This document shows positions 9,411-20,434 of a stretch of 64,000 bases of DNA, one piece after another. Positions within the stretch are counted from its first letter, which is position 1, and the number at the start of each line of letters is the position of its first letter. The translations under genes and the position numbers were made by a program. The notes beneath the pieces were generated by a model. It searched no databases and had not been told where the DNA came from. It worked only from the letters and a program-made list of their open reading frames with translations. The DNA comes from an uncultured Candidatus Binatia bacterium (lineage in GTDB: Bacteria > Desulfobacterota > Binatia > Bin18). The stretch covers positions 1,088,001 to 1,152,000 of the forward strand of contig OZ241744.1 of assembly GCA_965200965.1 (NCBI GenBank). The letters run 5' to 3'.

Positions 9411-10322
9411 ATGCGTATCGGTATGATGATTGGTGAAGGCGCGGGGGAGAGCCCGCATCTGGACGAGGTGATCCAACGGGCGCAGCGGGCGGAGGCGGCC
9501 GGCCTGCACTCGGCCTGGCTGGCCCATGCTGTGTCGCACGATGCGATAGGCATGCTGGGGATCGTTGGACGCGAGACAAGCCGGATCGAATTAGGTACAG
9601 CCGTAGTGCCCACCTACCCGCGTCACCCGGTGGTCATGGCGCAACAGGCGCTGACCACCCAGGCGGCCAGCCAGGGACGCTTTACCCTGGGTATCGGCCT
9701 GTCCCATAAACTCGTGATCGAAGACATGTATGGCCTGAGCTACACCCGCCACCTCAGCCATATGCGCGAATACCTGGCGGTCATGAAGCCGATCCTGCGG
9801 GGTGAAGCCGTAAAGCACGAAGGCCAGGAGTACCGGGCCAAGGTGCATCTCAGCGTCCACGGGGCAAGCCCGGTGCCGGTCGTGCTGGCCGCCTTAGGTC
9901 CCAAGATGCTCGACTTTGCCGGTCGCGAGTCAGACGGCACGGTGACCTGGATGGCCGCTCAGAAAGCGCTGCGTGAACATGTCGTTCCGCGTATCACCAG
10001 CGCCGCCAAAGACGCCGGCAGACCGGCCCCCCGCGTGATTGCCGGAATGCCGCTGGCCATTACCGACGACCCCGCCAAGGCCCTGGAGGTGGCGGCCAGG
10101 GTGTTCGCCATCTATGGCGAGTTGCCGGCGTATCGGACGATGCTGGATCGCGGCGGCCTTGAGCGGCCGACCGAAGTTGCTCTGCTGGGTGAGGCGGCAA
10201 CAATCGCAGGAGAACTCAAGCGCCTCGAAGATATCGGCGTGACCGATCTGTGCGCCTTTGTCTTTCAGGCCGATGAGGGGGCGTTCGATCGCACGGTCGA
10301 TTTTCTGAGTTCGCTGTGCTGA
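9411..10322 (+). CDS. LLM class, probably F420-dependent, oxidoreductase
   Basis: IELGTAVVPTYPRHP, GRFTLGIGLSH, AALGPKML. A GAGGAGG Shine-Dalgarno lies upstream of the ATG at 9411. Confidence 0.88.
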   Translation: MRIGMMIGEGAGESPHLDEVIQRAQRAEAAGLHSAWLAHAVSHDAIGMLGIVGRETSRIELGTAVVPTYPRHPVVMAQQALTTQAASQGRFTLGIGLSHKLVIEDMYGLSYTRHLSHMREYLAVMKPILRGEAVKHEGQEYRAKVHLSVHGASPVPVVLAALGPKMLDFAGRESDGTVTWMAAQKALREHVVPRITSAAKDAGRPAPRVIAGMPLAITDDPAKALEVAARVFAIYGELPAYRTMLDRGGLERPTEVALLGEAATIAGELKRLEDIGVTDLCAFVFQADEGAFDRTVDFLSSLC

Positions 10323-10382
10323 GCGCGTGAGACGCCCCGGGGGCAGACAGGTGGGTCGGCCCTCTGACCACCCTGCGCCAGC

Positions 10383-11237
10383 TTACACCGCGCCCTCGGG
10401 GGCCGGCCCGCTGCCCTGCACAATCCCCTCCATGCGCAGCCGTACCGCCCGCGTGGTCCACTCAGGATCGGCCATGATATAAAACCGGTCTTGTCGAATG
10501 CCCTGGACCGTAATCTCGGCCACCTGTTGGGGCGTCATGCCGGTTTCCTGCAGACGCTCGTGGCGGGTCTGACGCCGGTGAATCAGGGCAGCCTGGGCCT
10601 CTTCGTCGCGCGGCACCAGCATCTCATGGGGGCGGTTGCGGTCGGCGTACAGAATATTTGTCGCGGTTGCCCCGGGCACTAACAGGGCGGCTCTGAGTTG
10701 CGAGCCCGCCGCCCGCAGGTCGTAGTGCAGGCCCTCGGTCATGCGAGTCACCGCGTGTTTGGTGACGCCGTACACCGAGCTGGTACCGGTCGTCAGGCCC
10801 ACCACCGAGCTCGTATTGAGAATCAGGCCCTCCTCATCCCGATCGATCATGCGCGGCACAAAGGCCTGCATCGCGTACAGCACGCCGTACAGATTGACCG
10901 CCATGATCCACTCCCAGTCCTGGGCGGGGACTTCCCAGATAGGGCCTAGCCCGCCAGACACACCGGCGTTGTTACACACGAGATGCACTTGGCCAAAAGC
11001 CTCAAAGGCCCGGTCGGCCAGGGCAAAGACGGACTCCCGGTGTGAGACATCGGTCTTGACCGCCGTCACCGGCGTGCCGGCCTGCCGCAGCTCCTTCTCC
11101 ACCTCCAGCAAGGCCGCCTCTTCGATATCGGCCAGCACCAGCTTCATGCCCTCCTGAGCAAATCGTCGGGCCAAACCCTGGCCAATGCCGCTCGCCGCTC
11201 CGGTAATAACCGCCACCTTGTCTGCGAAGTCCTGCAT
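10383..11237 (-). CDS. SDR family oxidoreductase
   Basis: TGAASGIG, NNAG, YGVTK. Confidence 0.92.
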   Translation of the reverse strand: MQDFADKVAVITGAASGIGQGLARRFAQEGMKLVLADIEEAALLEVEKELRQAGTPVTAVKTDVSHRESVFALADRAFEAFGQVHLVCNNAGVSGGLGPIWEVPAQDWEWIMAVNLYGVLYAMQAFVPRMIDRDEEGLILNTSSVVGLTTGTSSVYGVTKHAVTRMTEGLHYDLRAAGSQLRAALLVPGATATNILYADRNRPHEMLVPRDEEAQAALIHRRQTRHERLQETGMTPQQVAEITVQGIRQDRFYIMADPEWTTRAVRLRMEGIVQGSGPAPEGAV

Positions 11238-11271
11238 GTCGCGCGCTCCTGTTCAGCAATTGCCGCTATCC

Positions 11272-12033
11272 TCAGGCCCAGAGCTGGTCAAGAAAGGTGC
11301 CGAACTCGCGATTGAAGACCGCCGCCCGCTCGATATTGGCCGCGTGTCCCGCGTTGGCCAGGGTCAGTTTTTTTGCGTGGGGAATTTTCGCCGCCATATA
11401 CTCGGTCGCGGCCAGGAAGGGCGTGTCGCGGTCGCCGCTCATCACCAACGTTGGGACCTCCACCGACCCGAGCGCATTCATGACCCGGGCGTCGTGCTGG
11501 GTCAGGATGCCACGGGCGGCATGGGCCAAGCCCTGGGCCGAGCGGTGCGCACCGGCCCGGACCTCGGGACTCCGCCCGAGCGCCCCAAGTCCCCTCTCCT
11601 CAAACGCGTCGGCAAAAGACCGTGCGTGCTGATTCCACGCCTCACGCGCCACGTCTTTGCGAAAGCCGGGCCCCGTGCCGAGCAGCATCAGGCCCTTCAC
11701 CCGCTCTGGATGGGCGCAATAGAACGCGAGCGACAGATAGCCGCCGAGGGAGTGCCCGCCCAGCACCGCCCGCTCAACGCCCCCGGCGTCCAGCACGGCG
11801 AGCATATCAGCCACCGACAGGGCCTCAGAATACGCTGCCGGCTCAGCCGGGCTGTCCGACTGACCGTGCCCCCGCAGGTCCCAGGTGATGAGTTGATAGC
11901 ACTCGGACAGGGCTTCGAGCTGCGGCTTCCAGGCGGCGGTCGTGGCACTGAAGCCGTGCGTCAGCAGCACGGCCGGTCCTGAGCCGTGCGTTTCGTAATA
12001 AATATGGACTCCATCACGATCGAGAGTTGGCAT
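11272..12033 (-). CDS. Alpha/beta fold hydrolase
   Basis: LLTHGF, DLRGHG, GHSLGG, AGHAA. ATG at 12033 has a GGAGG Shine-Dalgarno. Confidence 0.9.
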   Translation of the reverse strand: MPTLDRDGVHIYYETHGSGPAVLLTHGFSATTAAWKPQLEALSECYQLITWDLRGHGQSDSPAEPAAYSEALSVADMLAVLDAGGVERAVLGGHSLGGYLSLAFYCAHPERVKGLMLLGTGPGFRKDVAREAWNQHARSFADAFEERGLGALGRSPEVRAGAHRSAQGLAHAARGILTQHDARVMNALGSVEVPTLVMSGDRDTPFLAATEYMAAKIPHAKKLTLANAGHAANIERAAVFNREFGTFLDQLWA

Positions 12034-12197
12034 GACACGCCTCCGTTCAGAACAGGCCGCAATATGCTGGTCCCGGCATTGCATCACATTTGACCGACCA
12101 GGGAAACCGCTGAAGCCGAGGTGCCAGGGTCTGAGTTCTTCCGTCCAGCTACCAATCCCAGCCGGACTGTGGTATCAAAAACGTATCAGGAGGGACC

Positions 12198-12650
12198 ATG
12201 ATCGAGGTGAATGGGATGGCTCACGTCATTTTGACGGTGAGTGAGTGGGACCGTTGCCGGAGCTTCTACGAGGCATTGCTGCCCTTTCCGGGTCTCAAGC
12301 CAGCCTTCAGCGGCAAAGATATGATCTATTATGCAGGCGGTCGGACAGTGCTTGGAGTTGGCCGCTGTGCCGAGCCTTACGCCAAGGATCGATTTGTCCA
12401 GAACAGCGTCGGCCTGCACCATCTGAGCTTCCGGGCGCGGAGCCGGGCGGATGTGGATCAGGTGTACGCCTTCCTCCAGGACCAACACGCCACTATCGTC
12501 CATCCACCCGAAGAAGGTCCGTGGGCACCGGGCTATTACTCGGTGTTGTTTGAAGACCCGGTCGGCACCCGCCTTGAGGTGAACTCTGTTCCGGGCAAAG
12601 GGATTTTTGCCGCCGGAGCCGGTTTCAATCCGGCCGGGGAGTACCACTAG
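12198..12650 (+). CDS. VOC (glyoxalase) family protein
   Basis: HVILTV, GLHHLSFRA, YYSVLFEDPVGTRLE. Confidence 0.9.
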   Translation: MIEVNGMAHVILTVSEWDRCRSFYEALLPFPGLKPAFSGKDMIYYAGGRTVLGVGRCAEPYAKDRFVQNSVGLHHLSFRARSRADVDQVYAFLQDQHATIVHPPEEGPWAPGYYSVLFEDPVGTRLEVNSVPGKGIFAAGAGFNPAGEYH

Positions 12651-12685
12651 GAGGAGAATCCCTGGCAGCCGACAGGGGTACTGAT

Positions 12686-13357
12686 ATGGAGGAGCAGGCG
12701 CGCTCAAGGCCGGCCATGCCATGCATCTCGGTCATCCTGCCAACCTTCGAGCGGGCCCACCTGCTGCCGCGCAGCATCGGCTCGGTCCTGGCCCAGACCT
12801 TGACCGACTGGGAGTTGCTGGTCATTGACGACGGCAGTACCGACAATACGGCCCGGCTCGTCCGGGGCTGGAGCCGCAAAACGGCTCGGATGCGCTATCT
12901 GCACCAGGCCAATCGGGGGGTCGGCGCAGCCCGTAATCTTGGTATTCAGCGCGCCCGCGGGCGCTATATCGCCTGTCTGGATAGCGATGATGAGTACTTC
13001 CCCAAGCACCTGGAAACGCGGCTCAGCCTGTTACGCCGCCACAATCTCGACCTGGTACAGGGCGGCGTCCGCGTCCTGGGGAAAGACTGGACGGTCGATT
13101 TTTTTGACCCCCAGCGGCTGGTCCGGCTGTCCGAGTGTGTGATTGGCGGGACCCTGTTTGGCAAACGGGAGGTGTTTGTGGCCCTGGGCGGGTTTGGCGA
13201 TCTCAGCTACGGAGAAGACCTTGACTTGTGGCTCAGAGCCCGGCGACGCTTCAAGGTAGCGACGTTTCCGAACCCAAGCACCTACTGTCTGCACGAAACG
13301 CCCGACAGCCTGCGGCTCACGCGCTACAAGGAATGGGCCGACCGGCAGGACGCCTGA
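12686..13357 (+). CDS. Glycosyltransferase family 2
   Basis: ISVILPTFER, IDDGSTD, ARNLG, LDSDD, GED. Confidence 0.9.
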   Translation: MEEQARSRPAMPCISVILPTFERAHLLPRSIGSVLAQTLTDWELLVIDDGSTDNTARLVRGWSRKTARMRYLHQANRGVGAARNLGIQRARGRYIACLDSDDEYFPKHLETRLSLLRRHNLDLVQGGVRVLGKDWTVDFFDPQRLVRLSECVIGGTLFGKREVFVALGGFGDLSYGEDLDLWLRARRRFKVATFPNPSTYCLHETPDSLRLTRYKEWADRQDA

Positions 13358-13366
13358 GATCCGCTC

Positions 13367-14065
13367 CTAGCCAAGGCTGGGGAGTCGGTCGCGCAGCGCG
13401 TAGACGCCGAGGTAAAACAGCGGCGTATCCAACACGGCAAAGACACATTTGAACGCGTAGGACGACAAGACCAGCGGGAGCAGCTTGGCGACCGAGTCAA
13501 TCTCTGGGCCAAGCCCGCCCGAGGCGTACAACACCGCCGAAATCAGGACGGTATCGACAAGCTGGCTCAGCAGCGTTGAGCCGTTGTTGCGCAGCCACAG
13601 ATATCGCCCCCGGGTCAGCGTCTTCCAGAAGTGAAAGAGTTGCACGTCAACCGACTGGGCCACTAGATAGGCGATCATCGACGCCGCCACATTCGGCTTC
13701 ATAAATGCGTAGACCTGCTCAAACGTTGCCGTGGCACCCGACACCCCGGCAGCGTCCGGCAGCGCATGGCCACCCCACATCAGGAAGAGCATGAAGAGAT
13801 TCATGCAGAAGCCGACCCACACCAACGCTTGGGCGCGCCGGCGGCCATACAGCTCGCTGATCAGGTCGGTGGCCAGAAAGGTAAACGGATAGGCTAACAG
13901 GCCGACCGGAATCACAAACCAGCCCAGATCAACAAACTTGGTGATGCCAACGATATTGCCCAGGGTCAGCGAGGTGAGAAAAACACCGGCCAGGAAGGAA
14001 TAGAAGACGTGGCTGGAATGGACCGACCAGGTCGAGGCGGTGGTCTCAAGCGGAGAGTCCGGCAT
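13367..14065 (-). CDS. Queuosine precursor transporter (YhhQ/DUF165 family)
   Basis: YPFTFLATDLISELYG, ASMIAYLVAQSVDV, LWLRNNGSTLLSQLVDT; multiple transmembrane segments. Confidence 0.88.
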   Translation of the reverse strand: MPDSPLETTASTWSVHSSHVFYSFLAGVFLTSLTLGNIVGITKFVDLGWFVIPVGLLAYPFTFLATDLISELYGRRRAQALVWVGFCMNLFMLFLMWGGHALPDAAGVSGATATFEQVYAFMKPNVAASMIAYLVAQSVDVQLFHFWKTLTRGRYLWLRNNGSTLLSQLVDTVLISAVLYASGGLGPEIDSVAKLLPLVLSSYAFKCVFAVLDTPLFYLGVYALRDRLPSLG

Positions 14066-14151
14066 ACAAGCGGGACACACACAGACAAGCGGCAGTAGTT
14101 TGGCAAGCCGCCCGGACACAGGGTCCGGGCACGGCTCAGAGGCGCGGCTGG

Positions 14152-15288
14152 CTATTTGGCCGCAGCCTGCTGCTCGGCAAAGCGGACATCAATGTCAGTC
14201 GCAATTTTCTGGTGCGGGTTGTACCGGGGGACGAGGTGTTCCCCGATACGCCGAATGGAGCGCATAATGTACTGGTGCGGAATCCGGCCGGCCTGTTTGA
14301 AGAAGATGACCTGATCGAGCCCGCCCTGCTCAAATTTTTCGAGCTTGCGAGCGACCTCGTCCGGGTTGCCGACCGTAACCATCGGATGGTCTTTGATCTG
14401 CTGATCGTTCAGGTCGTTGGCGTCCGCGCCCAGATCAAACAACTGGCGCAGGTATTCGTAGGAGTACAGATTGTTCTTGGCCATCAGCGGCTCAAACAGC
14501 TTGGCGACATGGTGCAGGAACCAGCGCGCACCCTCAATCCCGGCCTGCTCTTCGTCCTTGCTCTCGGCCACATGACAGATGGCCACCCCGGCAAAACGGT
14601 CGTTGATGACCTTGCTGACCACATCGTTGCGGTCCTGGCAGGCGGTCCGGTAGATATCCACCGTCTTCTGGACCTGCTCCCAGTTGAAATTGAAGCTGAG
14701 CACGCCAAGCCCACGGTTGGCGGCCATCTCGTAGCTGTCCGGGGCCACACAGGCCATCCACATCGGCGGGTGCGGCTCCTGTATCGGCTTGGGCACGACC
14801 ATCCGGGGCGGAACGCTGATCGTCTCGCCCTCGTATTCGAGAATCTCGTCGGTCCAGGCTTTGACAATCACATCAAGCGCTTCCCGGACTTCGAGGCGGG
14901 TGCGCTCATAATCTACCCCGAAGCCGTCCAACTCCTGGGCGGTAGTCGAGCGACCGGTACCGAGGTCCATGCGGCCGTTGCTCAGAATATCGAGCACTGC
15001 GGCCTGCTCAGCCACCTTGATCGGATGGTTGAAACGATGGGGCAGCAGGCGCACACCGTGGGCGATGCGGATATTCTTGGTCCGCTGCGAGACGGCCCCG
15101 TAGAACACCTCGGGCGCTGGGCTGTGGGAGTATTCTTCCAGAAAATGGTGCTCAACCTCCCACACATAGTCAAAACCGACTCTGTCGGCCAACTCAACCT
15201 GGGCCAGGGCCTCGTGGTACACATTATAGCTGCTGTGTTTGTTCCACGGCCGGGGGGTTTCCATTTCGTACAAAAGACCAAATTGCAT
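14152..15288 (-). CDS. LLM class flavin-dependent oxidoreductase
   Basis: GFDYVWEVEHHF, HPIKVAEQAAVLDILSNGR, PKPIQEPHPP. AGGAGG lies upstream of the ATG at 15288. Confidence 0.92.
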   Translation of the reverse strand: MQFGLLYEMETPRPWNKHSSYNVYHEALAQVELADRVGFDYVWEVEHHFLEEYSHSPAPEVFYGAVSQRTKNIRIAHGVRLLPHRFNHPIKVAEQAAVLDILSNGRMDLGTGRSTTAQELDGFGVDYERTRLEVREALDVIVKAWTDEILEYEGETISVPPRMVVPKPIQEPHPPMWMACVAPDSYEMAANRGLGVLSFNFNWEQVQKTVDIYRTACQDRNDVVSKVINDRFAGVAICHVAESKDEEQAGIEGARWFLHHVAKLFEPLMAKNNLYSYEYLRQLFDLGADANDLNDQQIKDHPMVTVGNPDEVARKLEKFEQGGLDQVIFFKQAGRIPHQYIMRSIRRIGEHLVPRYNPHQKIATDIDVRFAEQQAAAK

Positions 15289-15444
15289 GTGAACCTCCTT
15301 ATATGTTGCAGATACGGCTTTTGGCTCGGGCTGTAGTTTGCCTGGATCAGACGCACATATCCAGCCCTCTTTCTCCACCGACGCCTGCGGTGGCAGAGTG
15401 CAGGGGCAAGAGATGAGGAGGGCGAGATGGAGAGAGCGAAGCCC

Positions 15445-17250
15445 ATGCAGACGGTGGTGTTGCTGGCGGCCCTGGTTGTCGGCATCCGGCTTGCCGCCGC
15501 GGCCCAAGCCTTGCCTTCCCTGCCACGGCCTGCCGCCTATGGCGACTACGCCGTAGGCGTAGCCACCGGCTTCGCCGCTGACAACCGGCAGCGCTTTGAT
15601 CCCTGGAACAGTGCCTATGGCCGGCCCGCATACCGCGCCCTGCTGCGCCGGGTAGAGGCTGCCGGGCAGACCCGCACGGTCGTGTTTCAGCTATGGTATC
15701 CGGCACCGGCAGACACGGCCCGGGGACGGCTGGCCGGGCCGCGCTCGCCCTTCCCGGCGCTCAGCGGCCGGCGCGCAAACTACTTTGACTTCTATTTTCA
15801 GGACGGCGACATGGCCCGGCAACTCGGCACCGCGGCGCAGGTCGTGCCGCCCGAGTTCATCCACCTGCGCGGCGACGACATTCTGGCCGAGGCCGACGCC
15901 ACAACCCGGCGGGCGGCCCTTGACGACATCGCCCAGCGAATTCTCAATACGCCGCGCGGTGCCTACCAGGACGCCCGGGCCGCGCAGGGCAAGTTCCCGC
16001 TGGTCCTCCTCGCCCACGGGCTGGGCGGCAACCACGGCATGTGGAGTTCGCTGGGCGAGTTTCTGGCCTCGCACGGCTATGTGGTGGCGGCCCCCACCTT
16101 TATTTCTGACGGCAGCCTGCCGGTGGTGTTTCACGACGAAGACTCCCCGTTTGCCAAACAGGTCTCACCAGAGGAGCTGCAACAGGCCTATGAACTGCTC
16201 CTGGGCGAGGTCAAGGTCGTCCCCTATTTTTACCGCCTCCTGTTCGGACAGCAGGGCGAGGGGTTTACGCCGCCGGAGGGCTTTGACCCGGCCACGGCGA
16301 CACTTGTCCCCCGCGGCGTGGAGCGGACCACCACCATGATGCGCAACCTGTTCCGCCAGCGGGTGGCCGATGTGGGGCTGGTGCTGTCCACCGTGCGCCT
16401 GCTCGGCGCGGACAAGGACACCTGCCGGACCGCTTTGGCCGTCATGGGCGCGACGAGCGCCGCCCGGAACCTGTGTGGGCTGCTGGCGGGGCGCGTTGAC
16501 GGCGGGGCGGTGGGCGTGGCCGGCCACTCCTTGGGCTCCATGACGGCGCAGCTAGCGGCCAACCACCTGCCTGGCGTCAGCGCGGCCCTGGGGCTGAACA
16601 ACGCCCCGCCCTTCTCCTGGACGCCCGAGGAAATGTTCGGCGCTGGCACGACGCGGGACGGCCTGCCGATTGGCAGCCATGCGCCTCTGCTACTGCTGGT
16701 TGGCGACGAGGATGACTTTGTCCAGGGGATATTCATCGGTCTGTTTCAGTCGGCGGTGGCCCGGGCCGGGGGCGACCCCTCCCTGGCCTTTCCTCTGGCC
16801 GCGGAGCGCGTCGCCCCGGATCGGCTGGAAAACCCGCAGCCGGTCGCGCTGAGCGCCTGGCAGCGCGCCACCTCTGAGCGCATGCTGGTGATTGTCCGCA
16901 ATACCGACCACGGCACCCTGGCCGAGGACTTTGCCCGGCTCTTCCCCTGGCCGCAATTCCAGGAGGGAGAGCTGCCCTTTGGCCAGACCCCGGAGCGTAC
17001 CCGCAAGCCCACGGGCGAGCAGGCCTTCGGCCAGCCGGGAGAGGTCGGAGAATCGTACACCCAGCTGGGTTGGGCCACAGTTGGTAAGGCCGGCCAAGTC
17101 TATCTGCCCCACCTGATCCGGGACTGGTATGTGCTGACATGGTTTGACTGGCACCTCAGGAAAGACCTCGAGGCCGGCCGCCGGCCGCGCGGCAAGGACC
17201 CGTTCAGAGCCATGACCGCGGTGCGCCGCCAGTACGCCAGGGAGTGTGTT
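15445..17250 (+). CDS. Secreted alpha/beta hydrolase (PAF-acetylhydrolase/dienelactone hydrolase-like); 3' end uncertain, frame stays open to 18732
   Basis: Signal peptide, QLWYPA, FPLVLLAHGLGG, GHSLG, VGDEDD, TDH. The hydrolase-like sequence ends near 17200-17250 with no in-frame stop. Confidence 0.7.
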
Positions 17251-17313
17251 GAGGCCGGTTTTGCCCCGTCCGCTACCGTCCACGGTGACAGGGGTGCGCC
17301 GGTGTCCACGGCC

Positions 17314-18561
17314 TCAGAAGACGACCGGCAGGTGCCGCAGCCCGCGCAGCGTTATCATTTCGCGCCATTCAACCCGGTCTGTTGCCAACCGCAGCCGCGG
17401 CATCCGCCGCAGCAGGGTCGTGATCGCCAACTGGGCTTCAACCCGTGCCAGGGGCGCGCCCAGACAGTGGTGGATACCGTGGCCGAAGGTGATATGCGGG
17501 TTGTCCTGACGGGTGATATCGAGCCGGTCGGGTGCGGCAAACTGCGCCGGGTCATGGTTGGCCGCGCCGAGCACAATCAAGACCTGCTGGTTTTGCTGAA
17601 TACGCTTGCCGCCAATTTCGATCTCGCCAAGCGCAACCCGGGCCGTCATCTGCACCGACCCGTCGTATCGCAGGAACTCCTCAACCGCGGTCCGAATCAG
17701 GCCGGGGGCGGCCCCGAGTCTGGCCAACTGCTCGGGATGCCGCAACAGGGCCAGCAGCCCGTTGCCAATCAGATTCATCGTCGTCTCATGGCCAGCCGCA
17801 AACAGGAGGATGATGTTGGACAGCAACTCGTCTTCGCTCAGCCGGTCGCCGGCCTCTTCAGCCGCGATCAGGCTACTGAGCATATCCTGCCGCGGCCGAG
17901 CCCGCCGCTCAGCGATCAGGCGGATAAAATAGGCCACAAAGGACTCGGTCGCGCTGTTAGCGGCCTCGATGATTTCGGGCGTAACAACCGGGTCAAGCGA
18001 GCGGGCCAGCGTCCCGGTCCAGTCTTTGAACTGCTCCCGGTCTTCAAGCGGCACGCCAATCAGTTCGGCAATCACAATGACCGGCAGCGGAAAAGCCAGC
18101 TCACCAATAATGTCGCAGCCGCCCCTGGCTGCTACCCGGTCCAGCAACTCGTCAACAATCGTCTGGATATGGGGCCGCATGGCCTCTACCACTCGCGGGG
18201 TAAACGCCTTGGTCACCAGTTTGCGCAGCCGGGTGTGATCGGGCGGGTTTCTGAACAGCATCCATTGCTGCTCCATATCCGCGGCCGGCCCCTGCCCGCC
18301 GAGGGCTTCGACATAATCGTTATAGCGCTCCCAGTCACGCGGATTAGCGCTGGCCTTGGAATGGCGCAACACACGCACACAGTCGGCATAGCGGGTCAAT
18401 ACCCAGAAGTTGAAGGTGTCGCTCCAGTGTACCGGGTCAGCCTGGCGCAACTGCCGATACAAGCGGTAGGGATTGTCCCGGAACTCGGGCACAAAAGGAT
18501 TGAACTCAACCGGGCTGGCCGGGGGTCGTGCTTCGTCGGTCGGGGGCTGCGCATCGGTCAT
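17314..18561 (-). CDS. Cytochrome P450
   Basis: AAGHETT (I-helix), EEFLR (ExxR), FGHGIHHCLG heme ligand. A Shine-Dalgarno lies upstream of the ATG at 18561. Confidence 0.96.
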   Translation of the reverse strand: MTDAQPPTDEARPPASPVEFNPFVPEFRDNPYRLYRQLRQADPVHWSDTFNFWVLTRYADCVRVLRHSKASANPRDWERYNDYVEALGGQGPAADMEQQWMLFRNPPDHTRLRKLVTKAFTPRVVEAMRPHIQTIVDELLDRVAARGGCDIIGELAFPLPVIVIAELIGVPLEDREQFKDWTGTLARSLDPVVTPEIIEAANSATESFVAYFIRLIAERRARPRQDMLSSLIAAEEAGDRLSEDELLSNIILLFAAGHETTMNLIGNGLLALLRHPEQLARLGAAPGLIRTAVEEFLRYDGSVQMTARVALGEIEIGGKRIQQNQQVLIVLGAANHDPAQFAAPDRLDITRQDNPHITFGHGIHHCLGAPLARVEAQLAITTLLRRMPRLRLATDRVEWREMITLRGLRHLPVVF

Positions 18562-18721
18562 GGGACACTCCCTCCTTCGGGCACGACTGTAGAATACCGC
18601 CGGCCCTGGATCAAGGCAGATAGCGGCTTGCCTTTTGGGGCGGAATTTTATAGGTGGGGCAAAGACGGCACCTGCACAGGAGCAAGGCCGGACCAGGGCC
18701 GGAGCCGCAAGGAGGAAAACC

Positions 18722-20434
18722 ATGCACTATGACTTACTGATTCGCAATGGCAGCGTTGTCGACGGGTCGGGAATGCCGCGCTTTCGGGCCGAGGTCGGGA
18801 TTGTGGCCGGAAAAATCGCGGCAATCGGCAAACTGCGCGACAGCGCCAGGCAGGTCATTGACGCCGAGGGCCATGTGGTCGCCCCGGGCTTTATCGACGG
18901 CCACACCCATATGGACGCCCAGGTCTTCTGGGACCCGCTCGGCACCTGCTCGTGCTGGCACGGCATTACCAGCGTGGTCATGGGCAACTGCGGCTTCTCG
19001 CTGGCCCCGTGCAGCGAAGACAAGAAACTCATGGTCATGCGCAACCTGGAGCGGGCCGAAGACATCTCGCCCGAAGCGATGGAAGCCGGCATCCGCTGGA
19101 GTTGGACGACCTTCCCCGAATATCTCAACACGGTTGACCGCCTGCCCAAGGGCATCAACTACGCCGCTTACATGGGCCACTCTGCGCTACGCACCCACAT
19201 CATGGGTGAGCGCGCCTTCACCGACGAGGCCAGCGACACCGAGCTGCACGCCATGAAAAACGAACTCCGGGCCGCGCTGCGGGCCGGCGCTATCGGCTTT
19301 ACCACCTCGCGGACGCGCAACCATCAGACCCCCGACGGCCAGCCGGTCGCCAGCCGCCTGGCCAGTTGGGAAGAAGTCCGGCAGCTCGTCGGCACAATGG
19401 GCGAGATGGGCAGCGGCGTGTTTGAGATTGCCGGCGAGGACACCGGCCTCAACCCCAAGCGCATCCAGGAGTACCTGGACCGGCTCAAAGCCCTGGCCGT
19501 CGAGAGCGGCGTTCCCGTCACCTACGGGATGTTCAGCACCCCAAAAGCGCCCGACTACTGGCGGCCGTTCTTTGCCCTGGCCGACGAGGCAGCCGAGGCT
19601 GGCGGCCGTATCTTTGTCCAGGTCCACAGCCGTTCCATCAGCGTACTGCAATCGTTTGAGACAACGACCTCGTTCGACAAACTGCCGGTGTGGCGCGACC
19701 TCCGCAGCCGCCCGCTGGCCGAACAAGAATCCGCCCTGCGCAGCCCAGACCTGCGCCGCCGGCTGATCGAAGCGGCCAACACTCCGCCCCAGGACCGCAG
19801 CCGAGCGGTAGGGGCCGAGGCCCGGGCCGCCAACTTCAAATGGCTCTTCCCGATCATGGACCGGGCGGTCCCTCCCTACCAGTCGGTTCAGGATATCGCC
19901 CAGGACCGCGTCCAGGACCCGGTTGAGGTCTACATTGACCTGGCCCTGGAAAAAGGCTTGAAGCGCTTCTTCATGCAGCCTCTGACCAACACCAACAACG
20001 ACCATGTTCTGGAGATGATGCGCCACCCCCGCTCGGTCATTACCTTCTCCGACTCGGGTGCCCATGTCTCGCAGATCATGGATTCATCGCTGCAAACCCA
20101 CCTGCTGAGCTACTGGGTCCGGGACCGGGAGGCGATGAGCCTGGAAGAGGCGGTGCGGCAGCTGAGCTTCGTGCCGGCCTCACACTGGGGCCTGAGCGGC
20201 CGCGGCCTGCTGCGTGAGGGCTGGCAGGCCGACATGGTAATCTTCGATCCCGACACGGTCGCCCCCCAAGTGCCGACCCTGAACTACGACCTGCCGGCCG
20301 GTGCCCGGCGGCTCAAGCAAAAAGCCGACGGCTTCCTGGCCACCATCGTCAACGGCGAGGTCGTGCTGCGCAACAACGAACACACCGGTGCCCTGCCCGG
20401 CCAACTCCTACGCGGCCCGCTGGCCGGCCGTTAG
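18722..20434 (+). CDS. N-acyl-D-amino-acid deacylase family amidohydrolase
   Basis: APGFIDGHTHMD, GITSVVMGNCG, SDSGAH, ADMVIFDP. Confidence 0.9.
   Translation: MHYDLLIRNGSVVDGSGMPRFRAEVGIVAGKIAAIGKLRDSARQVIDAEGHVVAPGFIDGHTHMDAQVFWDPLGTCSCWHGITSVVMGNCGFSLAPCSEDKKLMVMRNLERAEDISPEAMEAGIRWSWTTFPEYLNTVDRLPKGINYAAYMGHSALRTHIMGERAFTDEASDTELHAMKNELRAALRAGAIGFTTSRTRNHQTPDGQPVASRLASWEEVRQLVGTMGEMGSGVFEIAGEDTGLNPKRIQEYLDRLKALAVESGVPVTYGMFSTPKAPDYWRPFFALADEAAEAGGRIFVQVHSRSISVLQSFETTTSFDKLPVWRDLRSRPLAEQESALRSPDLRRRLIEAANTPPQDRSRAVGAEARAANFKWLFPIMDRAVPPYQSVQDIAQDRVQDPVEVYIDLALEKGLKRFFMQPLTNTNNDHVLEMMRHPRSVITFSDSGAHVSQIMDSSLQTHLLSYWVRDREAMSLEEAVRQLSFVPASHWGLSGRGLLREGWQADMVIFDPDTVAPQVPTLNYDLPAGARRLKQKADGFLATIVNGEVVLRNNEHTGALPGQLLRGPLAGR

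Noticed and set aside
12686-14065. GT2 acting as a queuosine glycosyltransferase because it neighbours the transporter
   Set aside because: The genes are convergent, no other Q-pathway genes are nearby, and adjacency alone is not evidence.
14066-14151. preQ1 riboswitch upstream of the queuosine precursor transporter
   Set aside because: The short GC-rich spacer has no recognisable preQ1 stem or A-rich tail.
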